A stretch of 64,000 nucleotides of DNA, taken from assembly GCF_023055435.1 (NCBI RefSeq), contig NW_025964001.1, forward strand, positions 12,710,001 to 12,774,000. Direction: 5' to 3'. Positions 1 through 13,814 of the stretch are shown here, piece by piece (position 1 is the first letter of the stretch; the number at the start of each line of letters is the position of its first letter). The notes beneath the pieces are model-generated. The model searched no databases. It saw nothing but the letters and a program-made list of their open reading frames with translations, and was not told the DNA's origin. The stretch comes from Haliotis rufescens. Taxonomy: Eukaryota. Made by a program: the position numbers and the translations under genes.

Positions 1-202
1 CCCAAAAGTTTAAAGTTCATGGTCTTTGGGTTTTCCCCCTTTTTGTTGTTGCTGACAAGTTTATTTACATACTATAGCCCATCTTCGCATTCCGAGGAAA
101 AACGTTGTTGTCTCTGCTATTAAATTACCTCTTTTGCAGCAACTCATAAATGTACAATACAGTGATGTCTAAAATGCACTCGAAAACCAAAAAGGGCGTA
201 TA

Positions 203-207
<5 letters not shown>

Positions 208-290
<83 letters not shown>
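208..290. repeat. (CA)n microsatellite
   Basis: About 41 perfect CA units; source of the VCVCVC ORFs. Confidence 0.98.
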
Positions 291-294
<4 letters not shown>

Positions 295-436
295 GTTGTA
301 CAGACACGAGAGGCACCGTGCGAAATATCCAGTTGATACTTGGATCTGTGGAAAAACATGTTAAAATAATCCACCCTTGGTTAAAAACAAAGGTGCACGC
401 GGGGGTTGAAAATGACACTGGTGAGTGGGCATGATG

Positions 437-600
437 GATCGGGTTGTCAGACTCGGTGACTTGGTTGATGTGCCATCGTGCCCCGAGCGTGGGTCGTTGT
501 TCATAATGTTCATCACTGGATTGTTTAGTCTGGACTTGATTATTTGCAGGCCGCCGTAATACAGCTGGAATATTGCTGAGAGCGCTGTTAAACAACAAAC
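437..600 (+). mobile_element. 5'-truncated SINE
   Basis: atcactggattgtttagtctggacttgattatttgcag...gctggaatattgctgagagcgctgttaaacaacaaac. Same family as 17140-17292, 37945-38092 and 47165-47315; 3' tail shared with 2632-2678. Confidence 0.75.
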
Positions 601-988
601 GCACAGACACAGATACACAGACACACAGGCACACACACCAGAAGAAAACATGCATCTGTTGGTACATATTTGTATAAATCGGCTTAGACATGGGTACTTT
701 TGTGATGTTACATGAAGGTAATATAACCAGATTACTATTATCTGCCAACAACACAAACGTTGTACATGTAGTGTCCCATAGGAATTATGCTGTTTCTATG
801 CTTGAAGATCTGTCCTCTTTGCTATTCTAGCATGTTAGCATATGGTGTATCGCAAAGTAAGAACATCTTGATTTACTGCAACTAAGTTTTTACATTTTTT
901 AGAATAGGGAAGGCATAATAGTGAGTGTATAACCTACATAATATCGCAACAAAAAGAATATTATAAAATATGTCCATGATATATTCAC

Positions 989-1003
989 CTTGTTCCTGAT
1001 CAT
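989..1003 (-). other. 3' part of exon 1 (upstream ATG ATC AGG AAC AAG|GT) of an inverted paralog of the KHFxGG secreted-protein gene; coding exons would lie left of the window
   Basis: Reverse complement equals 57975-57989 plus GTGAAT donor; homologous to 42060-42074. Confidence 0.6.
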
Positions 1004-1789
1004 ACGCTGGTCAACAATGATGTATAAGGGCGACGCTCTCACCAGCGGTAAATGTATGGCCCAGATCATCGATGGACAATATAAAGCACCAGATAACTCA
1101 CTCCTTAACAACACAGGAATAAAGGTAATATTATTACTGTGCCTTGTCTCTGTGGGGGGCAACTTTACGCCCCTATCAGTCTAGTTGTGTAAACTTAAAC
1201 CTCCTACGATGCACGCTTCATGTCTTTCAGAATTATAAACTCACTTCAGCCGATACTCAGTGACAGTCCTACTTCCAAAATTGTGGCAATACTTGGTACA
1301 ATAGAAATGTAAAGAAAGATCCGATTGAACTTATTAAAGACGAAGTCATCACAGTGACAGACATCTAAAGACTTTGATAATAAATTACATCCAACGAACA
1401 ACGATCGATCAGGTGTTTGCAAACATAATCGCCTCGTCACAAAGTTATTGCACGTATAGGAGGGACTACAGTAGACATGATAGCAACTGAGCCACGTGTT
1501 AAAACATCTTTATGGCTAGATATATACATATCTTCGACAGTATTCACAGTTGACTTTGAATGCGTACTACTGTTTTTATTTCCTTTAATGTGTACAACCG
1601 ACCAAAACCCGGAAACTGGTGAAATGAGAGTGAAAGGGTAATAACGATAAATGTCTTAAAATAATGTCGGAGATCTGGTGTGTCCACCATACTGGGCGAC
1701 ACAAGCACGACACATTAATGGCATACTGTTGATAAACTTGTGCATGGTTATCCTTAATATCCTTAATATTGCACGCCATTCAGCCTGAA

Positions 1790-2165
1790 GAGACACCCAA
1801 GCTGGGCATTGTTGGCGGGTGCTGGGTCTTTGGCGTACACTCTCCGCCCGAGAACATCCCACAGATGCTCTATTAGGGACATGTAAGGGGACTTAGCGGG
1901 CCCGTCCAATGTCCGTATGCCTCCTCGTCAGGAATAATCGATGACGACACGAGTACGATGTGGTTTGACATTGTCATCCTGCAGTTCAAAATATCTGCCG
2001 ATAATTCTAGCGAATGGCGCAAGGACAAGACGCACAATTTCGTCGACATATCGTTGGCCGTTCCAATGTCCATTACCAATAACCAAATCAGTTCGCGTGT
2101 CATGTCTGATACCGCCCCATATCATTACACTACCGCCCCCATACCGATGAATGTGGCAGGTATCC
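1790..2165 (-). mobile_element. Tc1/mariner transposase remnant
   Basis: GGGSVMIWGGI...ELQDDNVKPHRTRVV, followed by a frameshifted WPA-SP-MSPIEHLWD-like segment. Confidence 0.85.
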
Positions 2166-3212
2166 ACTTCATACTATTTATTATGTAAAATGCGTTAAAT
2201 ATTGGCTTCAGAAAATACAAATGAGTCCAAACAGATACACATATCTGTGTTATTAAATGTTATTATCCAATACTGATAGAAAACGTCCTAACTGGGCATC
2301 GCATATCAGACTAATGGTTTTGGGGATGTATGGGTTGCACAAAGCGTTGGCAATACAGAATAATTTGTACATGTCTGTCGCAGTCTGCCTGCCTGCTGCC
2401 TGTCTGTCTGTCTGTCTGTCCATACCGATCATGGTCAAGAATTGTTGCCCTGGCATACCACTCGCCGCTACGTCGCCAACAGCGTTTTATACTATCATTC
2501 AAATTGAAGGACAAACCTTGATTCGTCTGCAAACGGGGTGTAACGCCATTACCGTATCTGATGTTGCCTAGCCCACCCCAGTCCTTGCCGCCTGTGGCAC
2601 AATGTAAGGTGTTAGGTTCACACCCTTCACAGGCCGTCATATAGCTGGAATATTGCTGAGTGCGGCGTTAAACAACATATAAACTCTTCACAGGACCCCT
2701 TGCTTTCAAACGTAACGGAGCTGAATCTATTGCGTATTGCAATTAATGTCGATTTAGAGACGTGTTTGTGTTGGTATTACTTATTTTAGGCCTGCTACGC
2801 CCAGGTCTCATTGCACACCCACTCGTTTGAGGGTACTTGTCCAATAATGGAGAAATCTTTGATTTTCGGGCAACTGGGGAAATTGACGTCCCCCCTCCCT
2901 GTTACTCACAATAAGCCATATTGCCTGTTCATTGATATACTGTCTCGGAGGCATTTTTTAGCGTTTGGTTTTGTGTGTACGTGCTTCTCGTGCTGTTCAT
3001 GTATGATGTGAAATTTCATCGTGATTAAATGTTGCGTTCAGATGGAACGCCACGGTATTGTAAATGTACACCTCAACGATAACTACATTCAAATATTTGG
3101 TTCCCTTAACTTTTGTCGGTAGTACTTATCTGTAGAGCGTTAGAGACGCCACAGTAAAATCTCCAAATGATCGACGATAATCACTATAATCTGTCGCGAC
3201 GAGGATCAGTCG

Positions 3213-6200
3213 TGATATAAACATATTCATTTCCATAAAGTGGAGGGATTGGCAAACAAGCAAATTTTGCTTATCTGAATGCCTCTCCCAAACATAATAC
3301 ATATACAAATAGCAATGTATTGAAAGTGACATGAGAAATAGCATACATTGTATAATTGACTTTAAAGATAAGTATTGTTCTGTAAGTGTTTAATTACTGG
3401 ATTATCTTCCACAACATACAGTTACATTATTATTTACATTCAGCACAACAACATCGCAGTATCATATAGCAAAGCCAACATCTCAGACAAAATCTCTAAA
3501 TCGGCAAGAAGATAGAATAAAACTGTGGACCGATTTCAAAATTTCAAGATTTGTTACTGTCGTTAAATTTAAATTTATTTACCATTTAGAATTGAATTTA
3601 AATCGTAGCCTTTTACGAAATAATACATGTTTTGCTTTACTGTACTGTTAAAGGGACACGTAAGAAAGAAATGAAGTGCATCTTCCGTATGATAGCAACA
3701 ACAACATCTCGGGCTGTCGGATATAAATCTGGCACATTTGTCGGCGTTAAGATCACTGCAGCCAAGCCTGAGACGGGAGTGTATAACCTGACAAGAATCT
3801 TGATCCATAATTTGTATCAAAGTATATACCATTCCTATCGTTGCTTTTTATAAAACTTTTAAAACTTCCTAAGCTACTGGCATTGAATTGGTGTTTTCAA
3901 TAGGTAGTGAGTTCCAAATATTAACTGTATCTGGAATAAATGATTTGGCATAAGTATTTGATTTACACTTTGTGGTTTGCAGCTGTGAGCAGTTTCTCAA
4001 ATTATAATCACTTGCATCCGACACTCTATTTGGCACTAAGGATGAGAGATAGTCCGGTACTAGATTGTTAACCATTTTATAAAAAACATTTAACTTTTGA
4101 AAATGCCTTCTTTCTTCTAATGACGTAAGATTTGTTTCTTTATAAAGTTTACCGTGACTTGTGCCACGAACAGCCCCCCCCCCCCCCCCCCCCCCCCCAA
4201 ATAGTTCTGAGTGCATCTAGATTTAGTTTTTCAAGTAGTAACGCCTGTTCTTTTGTGCAGTTGTCCCATATGTGGGAACAATAATCAAATATCGGTAATA
4301 TGAAAGATTTATACATAGTTTCCAGTGTTTTTTCTATTTAAACGATACTTGAAACTCCTAAGACAGTTAATCACTGGACTGACTTTCTTGACTAGGCTAT
4401 CGTATCTATGTGATCGTTCCACATACAATCTTCTTGAAGAGTATGTCCTAGATGTTTATGAGAATGAACTTCCTGAACAGTAGTGTTACTCATTTTCAAA
4501 ACTGGTTTTACATTTGGAAGAATCTTCCGGGAAAACTGGATAGATACTGTTTAATTAGGGTTGAAATCGACCTGCCAGTTTTCTGCCCAAGAGCATATTC
4601 TACTTAGATCGTTAATCAGACAATGTGCTGCTGTATTCGGGTCATTTACCACGACATATAGGGATGTGTCACCGGCAAACAATCTTATATTACTATCAAT
4701 ATCGTCTATAATGTCGTTTATGAAGATTAGAAACAGTAGCGGTCCTAAAACTGACCCTTGTGGAACTCCGGCCGTAACTGGTCGTAAGTCTGAACTATAC
4801 CCATTGATAACAACCCGTTGGCATCTATGTTTTAGGTAGCTTCCAAACCATCTCAATAATTTCCCTTCAATATCATAGGATTTGAGTTTATGGATAATGC
4901 CTTTGTGCCAGACTTTATCAAAGGCCTTACTAATGTCGCAAAAGACTGCTCTAATTTCTTTTCCTTTATCCAATTCTCTAGCAATAAAATCATATAAGTA
5001 AGTCAGCTGGTTAGCGGTAGAATCTCCTGGCATGAAACCTGATTGAAGATTTGTAAGCAAATTATTATCTCTTAAGTAATTAAAAACATATTTGAAAACG
5101 CATTTTTCGAATATTTTAGCCACGCAACACGTGAGAGCTATAGGTATATAATTACTACATTCATTAATATTACCTTTCTTGTAAATAGGCACAACGGAAG
5201 CTTCTTTCCAACTTACCAGAAAAGTAGACTTATCCAGGGATACATTAAACAATTTAGGCAGTGGATATGATATCGCTGAAGCACTAAATTTCAATAATCT
5301 ATTGCCGATACCGTCGGGCCCTGTTGCTTTAGTTACATTAACAGATAGGAGAACATCTTGAACTTCCTTTGTTGTTAGAATGATAGTAGAGAGCGATTTT
5401 TCTGTTTTAAGCTTAATATAAGGGAGAGTTTTATCAGGATATGTAACAGATGCCTGGTCAGAGAAATAATTGTTCATCACATTTGCAACATCTCTTGTAT
5501 CATCATATAGTACATCCCGGTAATTAATGGGAGGAAATTTTGTATTACTGGTGCCCCTTAGATATTTTTTAACAAGCCGCCACCATACTTTTTCACCGTA
5601 CGCATCATTAATTTTACTATCAATCTTGAGTACATATTTTCTCTTTGCAGTGCGAACATAGGAGATAACACGGTTTCTTATTTGACGAAATTTAGTCCAG
5701 TCAGAATCTAAGTTACGCTTTTTAGCAACCTTATGAATTCTGTTACGTTTCCTGATCAGTCGACGTATCTCACTAGTGATCCATAGTGGATCATTAGGTC
5801 TAATTGTTACACATTTGTTAGGAATATGATTATTACATACGTCAGTAATTGTCCGGGTGAAACATTCTGCCATAACGTCAACATTTCTGGATGATAACAA
5901 ATGATCCCACTTTGTCTCAGTTAAGCTATCATTATTTCTTCATTATCAGCTATGTTGTAATTATAGATTTTTCTTTTAAAATTTGCATTGCCAGGTATGT
6001 TTGCCTTAATTGTTTCGAATATAGGACAATGATCACTACATATAGGATCGGATACACCCGAACTCATCACACTGTCTGCATTAGTTACGAACAGTAAATC
6101 AATCAGAGTTCTGGAGGTAGGTGTAATCCTGGTGGGCTCAGTTATAATTTGGGTCAACCCATATATTGCTTGTAAGTGATCTATTTTGCTCTTACTTTCT

Positions 6201-7100
6201 CTAAGAATATCTAGATTAAAGTCCCCAGCTATAATAGTTGGTATGTTCAAACTTGCATTAAATATTGACTGATCTATGATCAACTCCCAGTAAGCCTCGC
6301 TTTTATCTTCCCTATAGAATGTCCCTACTACGTATTTACTGGTCTTGCATCTTACCTGTACCCATAATGCCTCGAGTCCATTTACGCACAGATGATCCAT
6401 GTTTTAAACATATATATTGTTTTTACATATACCGCCTCGACTTGGTCGATCTTTTCTAATTGGCAAATGAAAACCTAGAATTGAAATATCAATAGTAGGT
6501 ATGCCGTCATGCAGCCAAGTTTCGGTTAAGCAAATAATATCGTATGAATGAAATTCAGTGCAGAGTAGATCTACCTTGTCCTTTAAACTTCTTACATTTA
6601 GATGAACAATCTGTAAATTACCATATTTTACTGGCCAAGGGTTTGGGTGAACATCCCCGCAACATAAGAGAAGTATCACTACTGTAATAGACGTTATTAG
6701 CTTATAGATACAACAGAAAGAGAGAAACAGCAAGTACTATGTTAATTTGCAAGATGCCTTGCTATAAAGACTAGAAGCATGTAATCCTACCGCCTGTCTA
6801 TAATGCGCAATATCCACCGGCATCTTTTTTTAACAGAATATATTTGTTTTCTATAGAGGCAGGCGGGGAGGTTACGCGCGAAGTATAAATTTGCAATGCT
6901 GAAGTGCACTATATATAACCAAAAACTGACAACTGAAAGCTGAATGAAAACTACAAAGAGAAAGAACGTCACAACACTCACAGACAAAACATGACCATCA
7001 CAAAATGAACTTTCGTAACATAAACAAAATCTATATACATCAACCCAAATCGAAACCGAGGATCACTCGTTACACATCATAAATGAGACGCAACGCTGAT
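3213..7100 (-). mobile_element. CR1/L2-group LINE, near full length, disrupted (APE endonuclease + reverse transcriptase)
   Basis: ORF pieces: 6404-6733 (HLNVRSL, CLTETWL); 5921-6400 (GDFNLD, TLIDLLF, SDHCPI); 4551-5900 (DISKAFDKVWH, GVPQGSVLGPLLFLIFINDI, LFAGDT); 3575-4216 C-terminus (HTEDALHFFLTCP). 3'UTR ends near 3213; likely start MPVDIAHYRQAVG at ~6823. Confidence 0.93.
4551..5900 (-). pseudogene. LINE ORF2 reverse transcriptase fragment (449 aa)
   Basis: RT motifs present, but the catalytic FADD reads FAGD; frameshifts on both sides. Confidence 0.9.
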
Positions 7101-7122
7101 ACAGCTGAGAACAAGTCCGCAA

Positions 7123-7605
7123 GTTTAGTTTAGACGACATGTATCAGACATATCAGACTGCACTTGTGGGTATCACTTTGAAGTCGCAATTCACTTTTTC
7201 TATACCTGTCAAAAATACCATAATATCAGAAACACTATGTACTTCTACACACATGGGTATGATTTAAAAACGGTATTACATGGCAATAGTTCAGTTAGCA
7301 GTTCTACAAACATGACTATTCTTAAATCAGTTCACGATTTCATTGTCAAAAGCAAAAGATTCGAGTAGCTTAGTTTTGTGCATGTAGTAATGGAAAACTG
7401 CTATATCTTATTTCACAGACGCCACTTGTATTGACTTCATATATTTCATTTGTGCATTTAGTATGTTTATGTTTAGCACTATTTTACATATAATCTGATA
7501 TATAACAAGCTGTTGTAAAGTTATTACCTGGAGAGGTATTTACATAAGCAAGTTTTGCTTGTTTACCGATCCAGATTTATTTTGAAATAAAAATATGTTT
7601 AAACC
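7123..7605 (+). mobile_element. 5'-truncated CR1-group LINE with 13-bp TSD
   Basis: Encodes CTCGYHFEVAIHFF (ORF2 C-terminus); ends AATAAAAATATGTTTAAAC; flanked by AACAAGTCCGCAA at 7110-7122 and 7606-7618. Confidence 0.85.
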
Positions 7606-7719
7606 AACAAGTCCGCAACGGAGGGTTGTATGCAGCATTTAGATATGAGGGACATTCATTTATTATTATTTTGTGCACTGTCGTAAGTTTTTTAATTTTT
7701 CGTCTCTCTTTTTAGTGGT

Positions 7720-8305
7720 AGCCAGCCGGTTTCGAAATATAAAACTTTCTCTCGAGGCAAATTTTATCAAACCTGTCACAATTCTGGCAGCGTCAAGTTG
7801 TATTAATTCAAGTTGTAAAACAGTTGTCCCATACTTCCAATGAGTATTCCAGAATAGGTCTTATAAATGTCAGATAGATTTTTGACAGACTATATCTATT
7901 TAATTTATATTTAAGTTTACGCATAGCTGAAACCATTTCCGCTGCTTAACTCGCAATAACTGAAACATGTGCAGTCCATTTCGTATCTTTTGATAACGTG
8001 TCCACAGATGTTTGTGGGTTTCTACATGTTCAATGGCTCTGTTAGCATAGCAAATAGTTGGATAATCCTGTACCTGTTTGTGACTAAAAAGCATGTATTT
8101 TGTCTTGGTTGTATTAACATTTACATGCCATGTGCTTGCCAAGTGGCGGAGAGAGAGAAGGTCTTGATTTAGTCTGTCTTCAATTACGACCATATCTGTA
8201 GATGAAGTTTCAATACATGTATCGTCGGCGAATAATCTGGTAATATTTTGAAGCTGATCAGTAATATCATTTATGTAAACTAGATGATTATGTGAACCTA
8301 AAACT
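7720..8305 (-). mobile_element. LINE RT fragment
   Basis: LVYINDITDQLQNITRLFADDTCI...ETHKHL inside chimeric ORF 7900-8541. Confidence 0.85.
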
Positions 8306-8320
8306 AAATCACACACACAC

Positions 8321-9012
8321 AGACCATGGAGCGTTGTGATTAGTGAGTGACTTTGGTTAAACACTGGTTTGAACAGTTTTACATTTACACCACGGAGTGT
8401 TGTGTGATTAGTGAGTGAGTGAGTTTGGTTTAAAACAGGTTTGAACGGTATTTCATTTATACCATGGAGCGTTGTGATTAGTGAGTGAGTTTGGTTAAAC
8501 ACTGGTTTGAACAGTTTTTCATTGCTACCACGGAGTGTCATGTGATTAGTCTATACCACTATTACTCTATACCACTTATACAATGGTGCGTTGTGTGATT
8601 AGTGAGTGAGTGAGTTTAGTTTAACACTGGTTTGAACAGTATTTCACTGATACAATGGAGCGTTGTGTGATTAGTGAGTGAGTGAGTTTGGTTTAACACT
8701 GGTTTGAAAAGAATTTCATTGATACCACGGAGTGTCATGTGATTAGTGAGTGAGTTTGGTTTACCACCGGTTTGAACAGTATTTCATTTATACCATGGAG
8801 CGTTGTGTGATTAGTGAGTGAGTTTGGTTAAACACTGGTTTGAACAGTATTTCATTTATACAATGGAGCGTTTTGTGATTAGTGAGTGAGTGAGTTTGGT
8901 TTAAAACTGGTTTGAAAAGTGTGTCACTTATACCACGGAGTGTCGTGTGATTAGTGAGTGGGTGTGTTGGACACAAAGTGTGTCACTTATATCACGGAGA
9001 GTCGTGTGATTA
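8321..9012 (-). repeat. ~70-bp minisatellite (~10 units)
   Basis: Unit gtgtgattagtgagtgagtgagtttggtttaacactggtttgaacagtatttcatttataccatggagcgtt; inverted copy at 54711-55325. Confidence 0.95.
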
Positions 9013-10295
9013 ACCCCCAGCTCGATGTGTAAGGACTAAAATCACCCAGCAGTGATAGCATATCTGGATAAGGGTGAAAGCAAGGCGCTGGAGGTGTATT
9101 ATGCGATTAATACCGCAATTACCTTCAAGGGGTGATATTGGGTACATACATGTGGGCTCTTTTGATTGAGAATTCTACTTATTAAAAGGCTGTTGGCCAG
9201 TCAATGTTTAAATCCTTGAAGCAATATCTCAGTTATTTAACGACGTGACGTTAACATATACCACATATTACATTATGGGTTAGTGCTGACAATCAATTAA
9301 CGATCATGGAACTTGGATACAAAGACGTAGCCCCCTCCCCCCCCCCCCCCCCCCCTTCTGAAATATAATTAATATGGTTCACTTGTGTTAGAATTAAGAT
9401 TACATTCGTCTGAAGTTACACTGGATTCACAAAGCAACAATAGGTCTATGTCAGCCTTAGCGATAAGGTTGAGATCGTAAGACTATATGACATCATTACG
9501 TTAAAAACATGACAGTTTAGGATTTCATTGCCCATTTCTGACACAATTTGTGAGTGCATTTAAACCTACCAAAGTACATTTGTTTCTTGTCTATGTGTAT
9601 GTGTTATATGATATACATGTATGATGAATAGTTGTTTCAGTTTACCATCATTCACTTCATGAAAGTCTTGATTTTCTTTGTATATGTAAACGTAGCAGAA
9701 ACACTGGTTGTAATCATGTGGCTTGCATTATAGTTTACAACTTACAACATATTTCGACCCAAGCCTTACTTGGGCACGCCTATATTTTATACTTCAATAA
9801 ATGTTTCTAATAATATTTTCGCAATTCATTCACTGACATTCGCACATGGGTGATCCTCAACCTAATCGTACGTTTATGAATGAATTTATACCATTTTCAT
9901 TAAAAAAAAGTGTTCCTGTGATTGCTTTTAAAACAATGAAAGAATGAATGAATGAATGTCTTTATTTCCTCCAGATACATCCGAAGATTCTCAAAACATA
10001 AAAATTACGTAATTAAATATTCAAAAAAACAAAATAATCAAACTTATATTTTATATCAATGTCCTGCATATATATAGGCTATAAACAGTGAGACCTATTA
10101 ACAATAGTAATATTACCACACGTTGTTAAGGATATTATTATGTTTTTCATTCTACAAAAATGAAATGCCACGTTATTTCATCAATGTCATTGTTATCTGC
10201 ACCGAGAAAGAATGCTAACATATCATGGTCTTCCATCATCTCTATTTTAACATACATTTCAACATCAAGATTATCAATAAAAGTGGACAAGAATA
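8321..10295 (-). repeat. Inner left arm of inverted duplication (partner ~53415-55325)
   Basis: 9010-9950 matches the reverse complement of 53780-54715; the LINE 3' end at 9945-10295 matches 53415-53780. Confidence 0.92.
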
Positions 10296-10300
10296 ATTTA

Positions 10301-10573
10301 GGCCATGGGCTAAATAGGTCCACCGTGCCTTAGTATGTCCTGAACATGAAATCATATGTTAACATTGAAAATATAGGGATGCACTTCCTGTTTTCATCAT
10401 ATTTGTGGTGGTACCCTCAAAATCGCGATTTTGCAATCCGCGTCGAGCGTCATTTTTGTACTGCAACAAAAAGGTCAATAAATGTCTTTACAATTGTCCA
10501 ATCTCTATGTGTAATATATCAAAATAAAGCTGAAGTTATTCCGGTGCACGGTGGACCTATGTACCCCATGGCC
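10301..10573. mobile_element. MITE, ~30-bp imperfect TIRs, TA flanks
   Basis: GGCCATGGGCTAAATAGGTCCACCGTGC ... GCACGGTGGACCTATGTACCCCATGGCC, with TA on both sides. Confidence 0.8.
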
Positions 10574-10579
10574 TAAATC

Positions 10580-12603
10580 AGTCTCGTTATTGTCCTTGTC
10601 AAGTAAACGTCTTGTGTTCGTACCTCTGTGTTGTATGTTATGTTGGCCCGAAGACCTTACATCGTCAATATCTTCTTTAAAAGCTGTCGCACCTGAGCAG
10701 CCTACATCACCACCTATGCACTATAATTTCGGTAAGAGATCTACAAACATATTGCACACTAGACTGAGAAAGTTGTTGGACACTAAATTCCGACCTGTTA
10801 CGTGTTAACTTATCTTATTTCCTGAAAATGCGGAACTCCTTGTGAAAATTCATTCCATTTATTCTTCGAATGTACCTTATATGATGATTTTAGGGAGACA
10901 TTTCTGACAGCTATCGATAATCTTGGAGGACAAAAAATTCTACATATACTCGACAACAAAAGTTCCTGTGACACCAATATTTCAGTGTATTTTTCAAACA
11001 AGTAAAGTTTGGTTTTCGATATTGTAGTACACGTATGGAATCAAATCACAAAACGCAACTGCTACAGAAAAGCATGCATTCGATGCAAAAGTTGACTTTT
11101 ATGCAAGCCCCATGCATTTCACTACCCAAGAATGGGTATAAAAACATGTGCGTTAACGGGATTCCATATGCATTTTTTAGCATCGTGCTGACAACAACCA
11201 CTCAGAAAAACAACAAAATTACGCAATTATTCAACAATACGAAATGCCACGCCTGTCCGAAAATGAGCGTCTGCGAGCCATTGGTATGCTTGAAGCAAGA
11301 TCGAGTCAACGTGATATTGCAAGACAATTTCATGTCCACAGAAACACCATTTGGTGTTTATGGCAACATTGGCAACAGACGAATGCAGTCAGAGACCATC
11401 GTCGGAGTGGCAGGCTACGCGTAACCAATAATCGTCAAGGCAACTGGATTTGAACAACATACCTACGAAATCGATTCCAGCCAGCAACAGTGACTGCAAG
11501 AAGCATCCCTGGCCTTCGACGAATATCTTCACAAACCGTACGTCGTCGCCTCAGATGTGCAGAGATTGTCGCCAGAAGACCCGCCAGACGTCCCATTTTG
11601 ACAGGAACCCACCGTCTAGCACGTCTACAGTGGTGCAGACAGCTTCTACGCTGGACGGCCATGCAGAGTTGACAAGTTCTATTCGCTGACGAGTCTCGTT
11701 TTTACCTCAGCCACAGCGACGGACGGATTCGAGTGTACCCACGTCGAGGTGAACGTTACGTCAATCATTGTGTCATGGAAGAAGATCGGTTAGGGGGCGG
11801 CAGCGTTATTGTATGGGGTGGGATTACAGCAAGACAGGGGACCCGTTTGATAGTGGTAGAGGGAAATCTCAATGGACAGCGCTACCGCGACGAGATCATC
11901 GGCCCTGTTGTTCTACCGGTTTGGCCTCGTCATGGCTCAGGGATTACCTTTCAACATGACAACGCCCGGCCTCATATTGCTCGACTTGTTCAGGATTCTC
12001 TTCAACAAAACAACGTGAATGTCATCCCCTGGCCGGCTCGCTCCCCTGATCTCTCACCAATCGAGCACCTTTGGGATGAGATGGATCGGCGCCTTCGACG
12101 TCAACCACGTGTTCCACAGACACTCCAGGAACTTCGAAACATGCTCCAGCAGATATAGACAGATATCCCACAGGACTTTGTGCGACGCCTGGTCCGTTCC
12201 ATGAGAACCAGAGGTTGTCACACACTCTATTGATTTGTAAATTGACATTTTGGCATGTTCATGGTCTTTTTGATGAAATCACGCATTTTCTGAAGTCAGT
12301 GTGGCAAATTAAACCATTTGAACACTTACAGGAGTCTTTTATCTGTTGCAAACCGAAATTGTTTCAGATTTAGTAAAAAACATAACTTTGCATTAAATCT
12401 TATTCAATGTCACAGGAACTTTTGTTGTTCAGTATATATTGCGCACTATGTTTCCACAATGTCAAGCTTCAATTGTAAATTGTTCATTTCTATTATGCAA
12501 TATTATGTTTAACTGTTTATAGGGAGAAGGCGGTTATAAGTGTTGCACTTGTGCCCAATCCCTTTGTCTTTTTGGACAATAAAATATGTTTAATAATAAT
12601 AAT
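10580..12603 (+). mobile_element. CR1-group LINE 3' remnant interrupted by Tc1
   Basis: FGKRSTNILHTRLR and CGTPCENSFHLFFECTLYDDFR before the Tc1; 3'UTR ending AATAAAATATGTTT(AAT)n after it. Confidence 0.7.
10947..12434 (+). mobile_element. Full-length Tc1 (DD34E) DNA transposon, transposase inactivated
   Basis: 27-bp TIRs TACT(CG/GA)ACAACAAAAGTTCCTGTGACA, TA TSD. ATG at 11244 MPRLSENERLRAIGML (paired HTH); DESRF / FQHDNARPH / SPDLSPIEHLW with 34 residues between D and E; stop at 11451 and frameshifts. Confidence 0.95.
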
Positions 12604-12614
12604 AGCAGTATAAC

Positions 12615-13068
12615 TGTAAATAAATTCAGGACCACATTGACTTGTTTTCGGCTCAGTTCTCACAATTTAGAAATTGAACGCGGGCGACATTTCACTATTC
12701 CTCGTAGTTTAGACAATGTAAAGTTCGTAACATAAACCATATCGAAAATGATTATCACTTTTTGTTAATTTTACCATGTTATAGCCATCTAAGGCAAACT
12801 TTTTACATCTTTCAAAATATTCTGAAGTTTAATACACCACTGTCATCGCAAGACCCTATTATCAATATGAATACAGAAATGTTCTTGTTTTACGCCAATG
12901 CTGTAAGAACACAAATACTCCAACTTTGATAATATGCAATTATGTTAAAACTGCTTTTTTTTAAAATTGCAAAGGAATGTGTTGTATTTTAAACTGTTTG
13001 CACCTAAATTGTATTTCGTTTGTACAAAAAAAAAGGCCCATGGCCTACAAGTACTGAATAAAGTGAAG
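12615..13068 (+). mobile_element. L2/Crack-like LINE 3' remnant
   Basis: LSSHNLEIERGRH...IENDYHFLL; tail GGCCCATGGCC..AATAAAG resembles the 3' end at 29385-29420. Confidence 0.65.
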
Positions 13069-13814
13069 ACTAATTATTCGTAATAGAATATATTCTTCCT
13101 TCAACTGTGCGCGTTTTCTAAGGAACAACAAAAAGTAGAGCCATGGAACTTGTGAACGTGCACTGCACCTTTCATATTCGAACAGCCTCTCAACAACGAC
13201 AACCTTGTCGTTATTTACAGGTTTTCTTTATGGGTCATAACTGACGATTTTGTTAAATCTTGGTACAAAGGTGTATCTGGGGACACTATACAATGACTTT
13301 ATTGACGTTACCACCTTGCTTCCATGGAAACGGAAAGAGCATCTGCGCATCTGATTAATCGATATTCAGAGATTTCGTTCAAAGTTGGTATTTAGATACA
13401 ACGCATTTCAGGTCTCAACCGAATAGGTTTTCTCACCATCATGGCAATATAACTGAGACAACTGATTGGTCGAAATTTAGTTGTTCGATTTCGTTAAAAG
13501 TGATATTTAGATATATTTTGGCACACAAAGCACATTTTAGTACAATACCAACGGAGTGGAGTCCTCTGATTGGTCGAAGTTTAGATAGTTAACCCTTTTC
13601 AAGACTATTTTACCATACTAATTAGTGCTCTTTATGAAACTAGTTGTGTAGATCAGCACAACATACAGTAATATAACCTCATTCAGTAGTCCAAGATGGT
13701 ATCACAGTCGCCATTTTGTAATTTCCATGTCTCAAACATCTAAATGAGTAAATATCTATTTATGAATTCCTTTTGAAAACCCTCGTAAATATCATTTCAT
13801 TAGATTATTGGTTC

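Larger units (their letters stand above)
30..3212 (-). repeat. Outer left arm of inverted segmental duplication (partner ~55885-58845)
   Basis: Reverse complement matches the right arm. Example: ORF 2311..2640(-) MTACEGCEPNTLHCATGGKDWGG matches ORF 56456..(+). 30-200 matches 58670-58845. About 1830-2380 is not shared. Confidence 0.92.

Noticed and set aside
144-756. Cys/Val-rich ORFs (VCVCVC...)
   Set aside because: Translations of the (CA)n microsatellite and a SINE.
4174-4198. Poly-Gly ORF from a poly-C tract (another tract at 9331-9356)
   Set aside because: Homopolymer expansion inside a dead LINE or non-coding DNA.
7900-8541. 213-aa ORF with repeats fused to RT
   Set aside because: Minisatellite translation running into a LINE fragment.
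8321-9012. Regular repeats resembling a CRISPR array
   Set aside because: Contiguous ~70-bp units with no unique spacers, no cas genes, eukaryotic context. The same applies to the 213-bp arrays.
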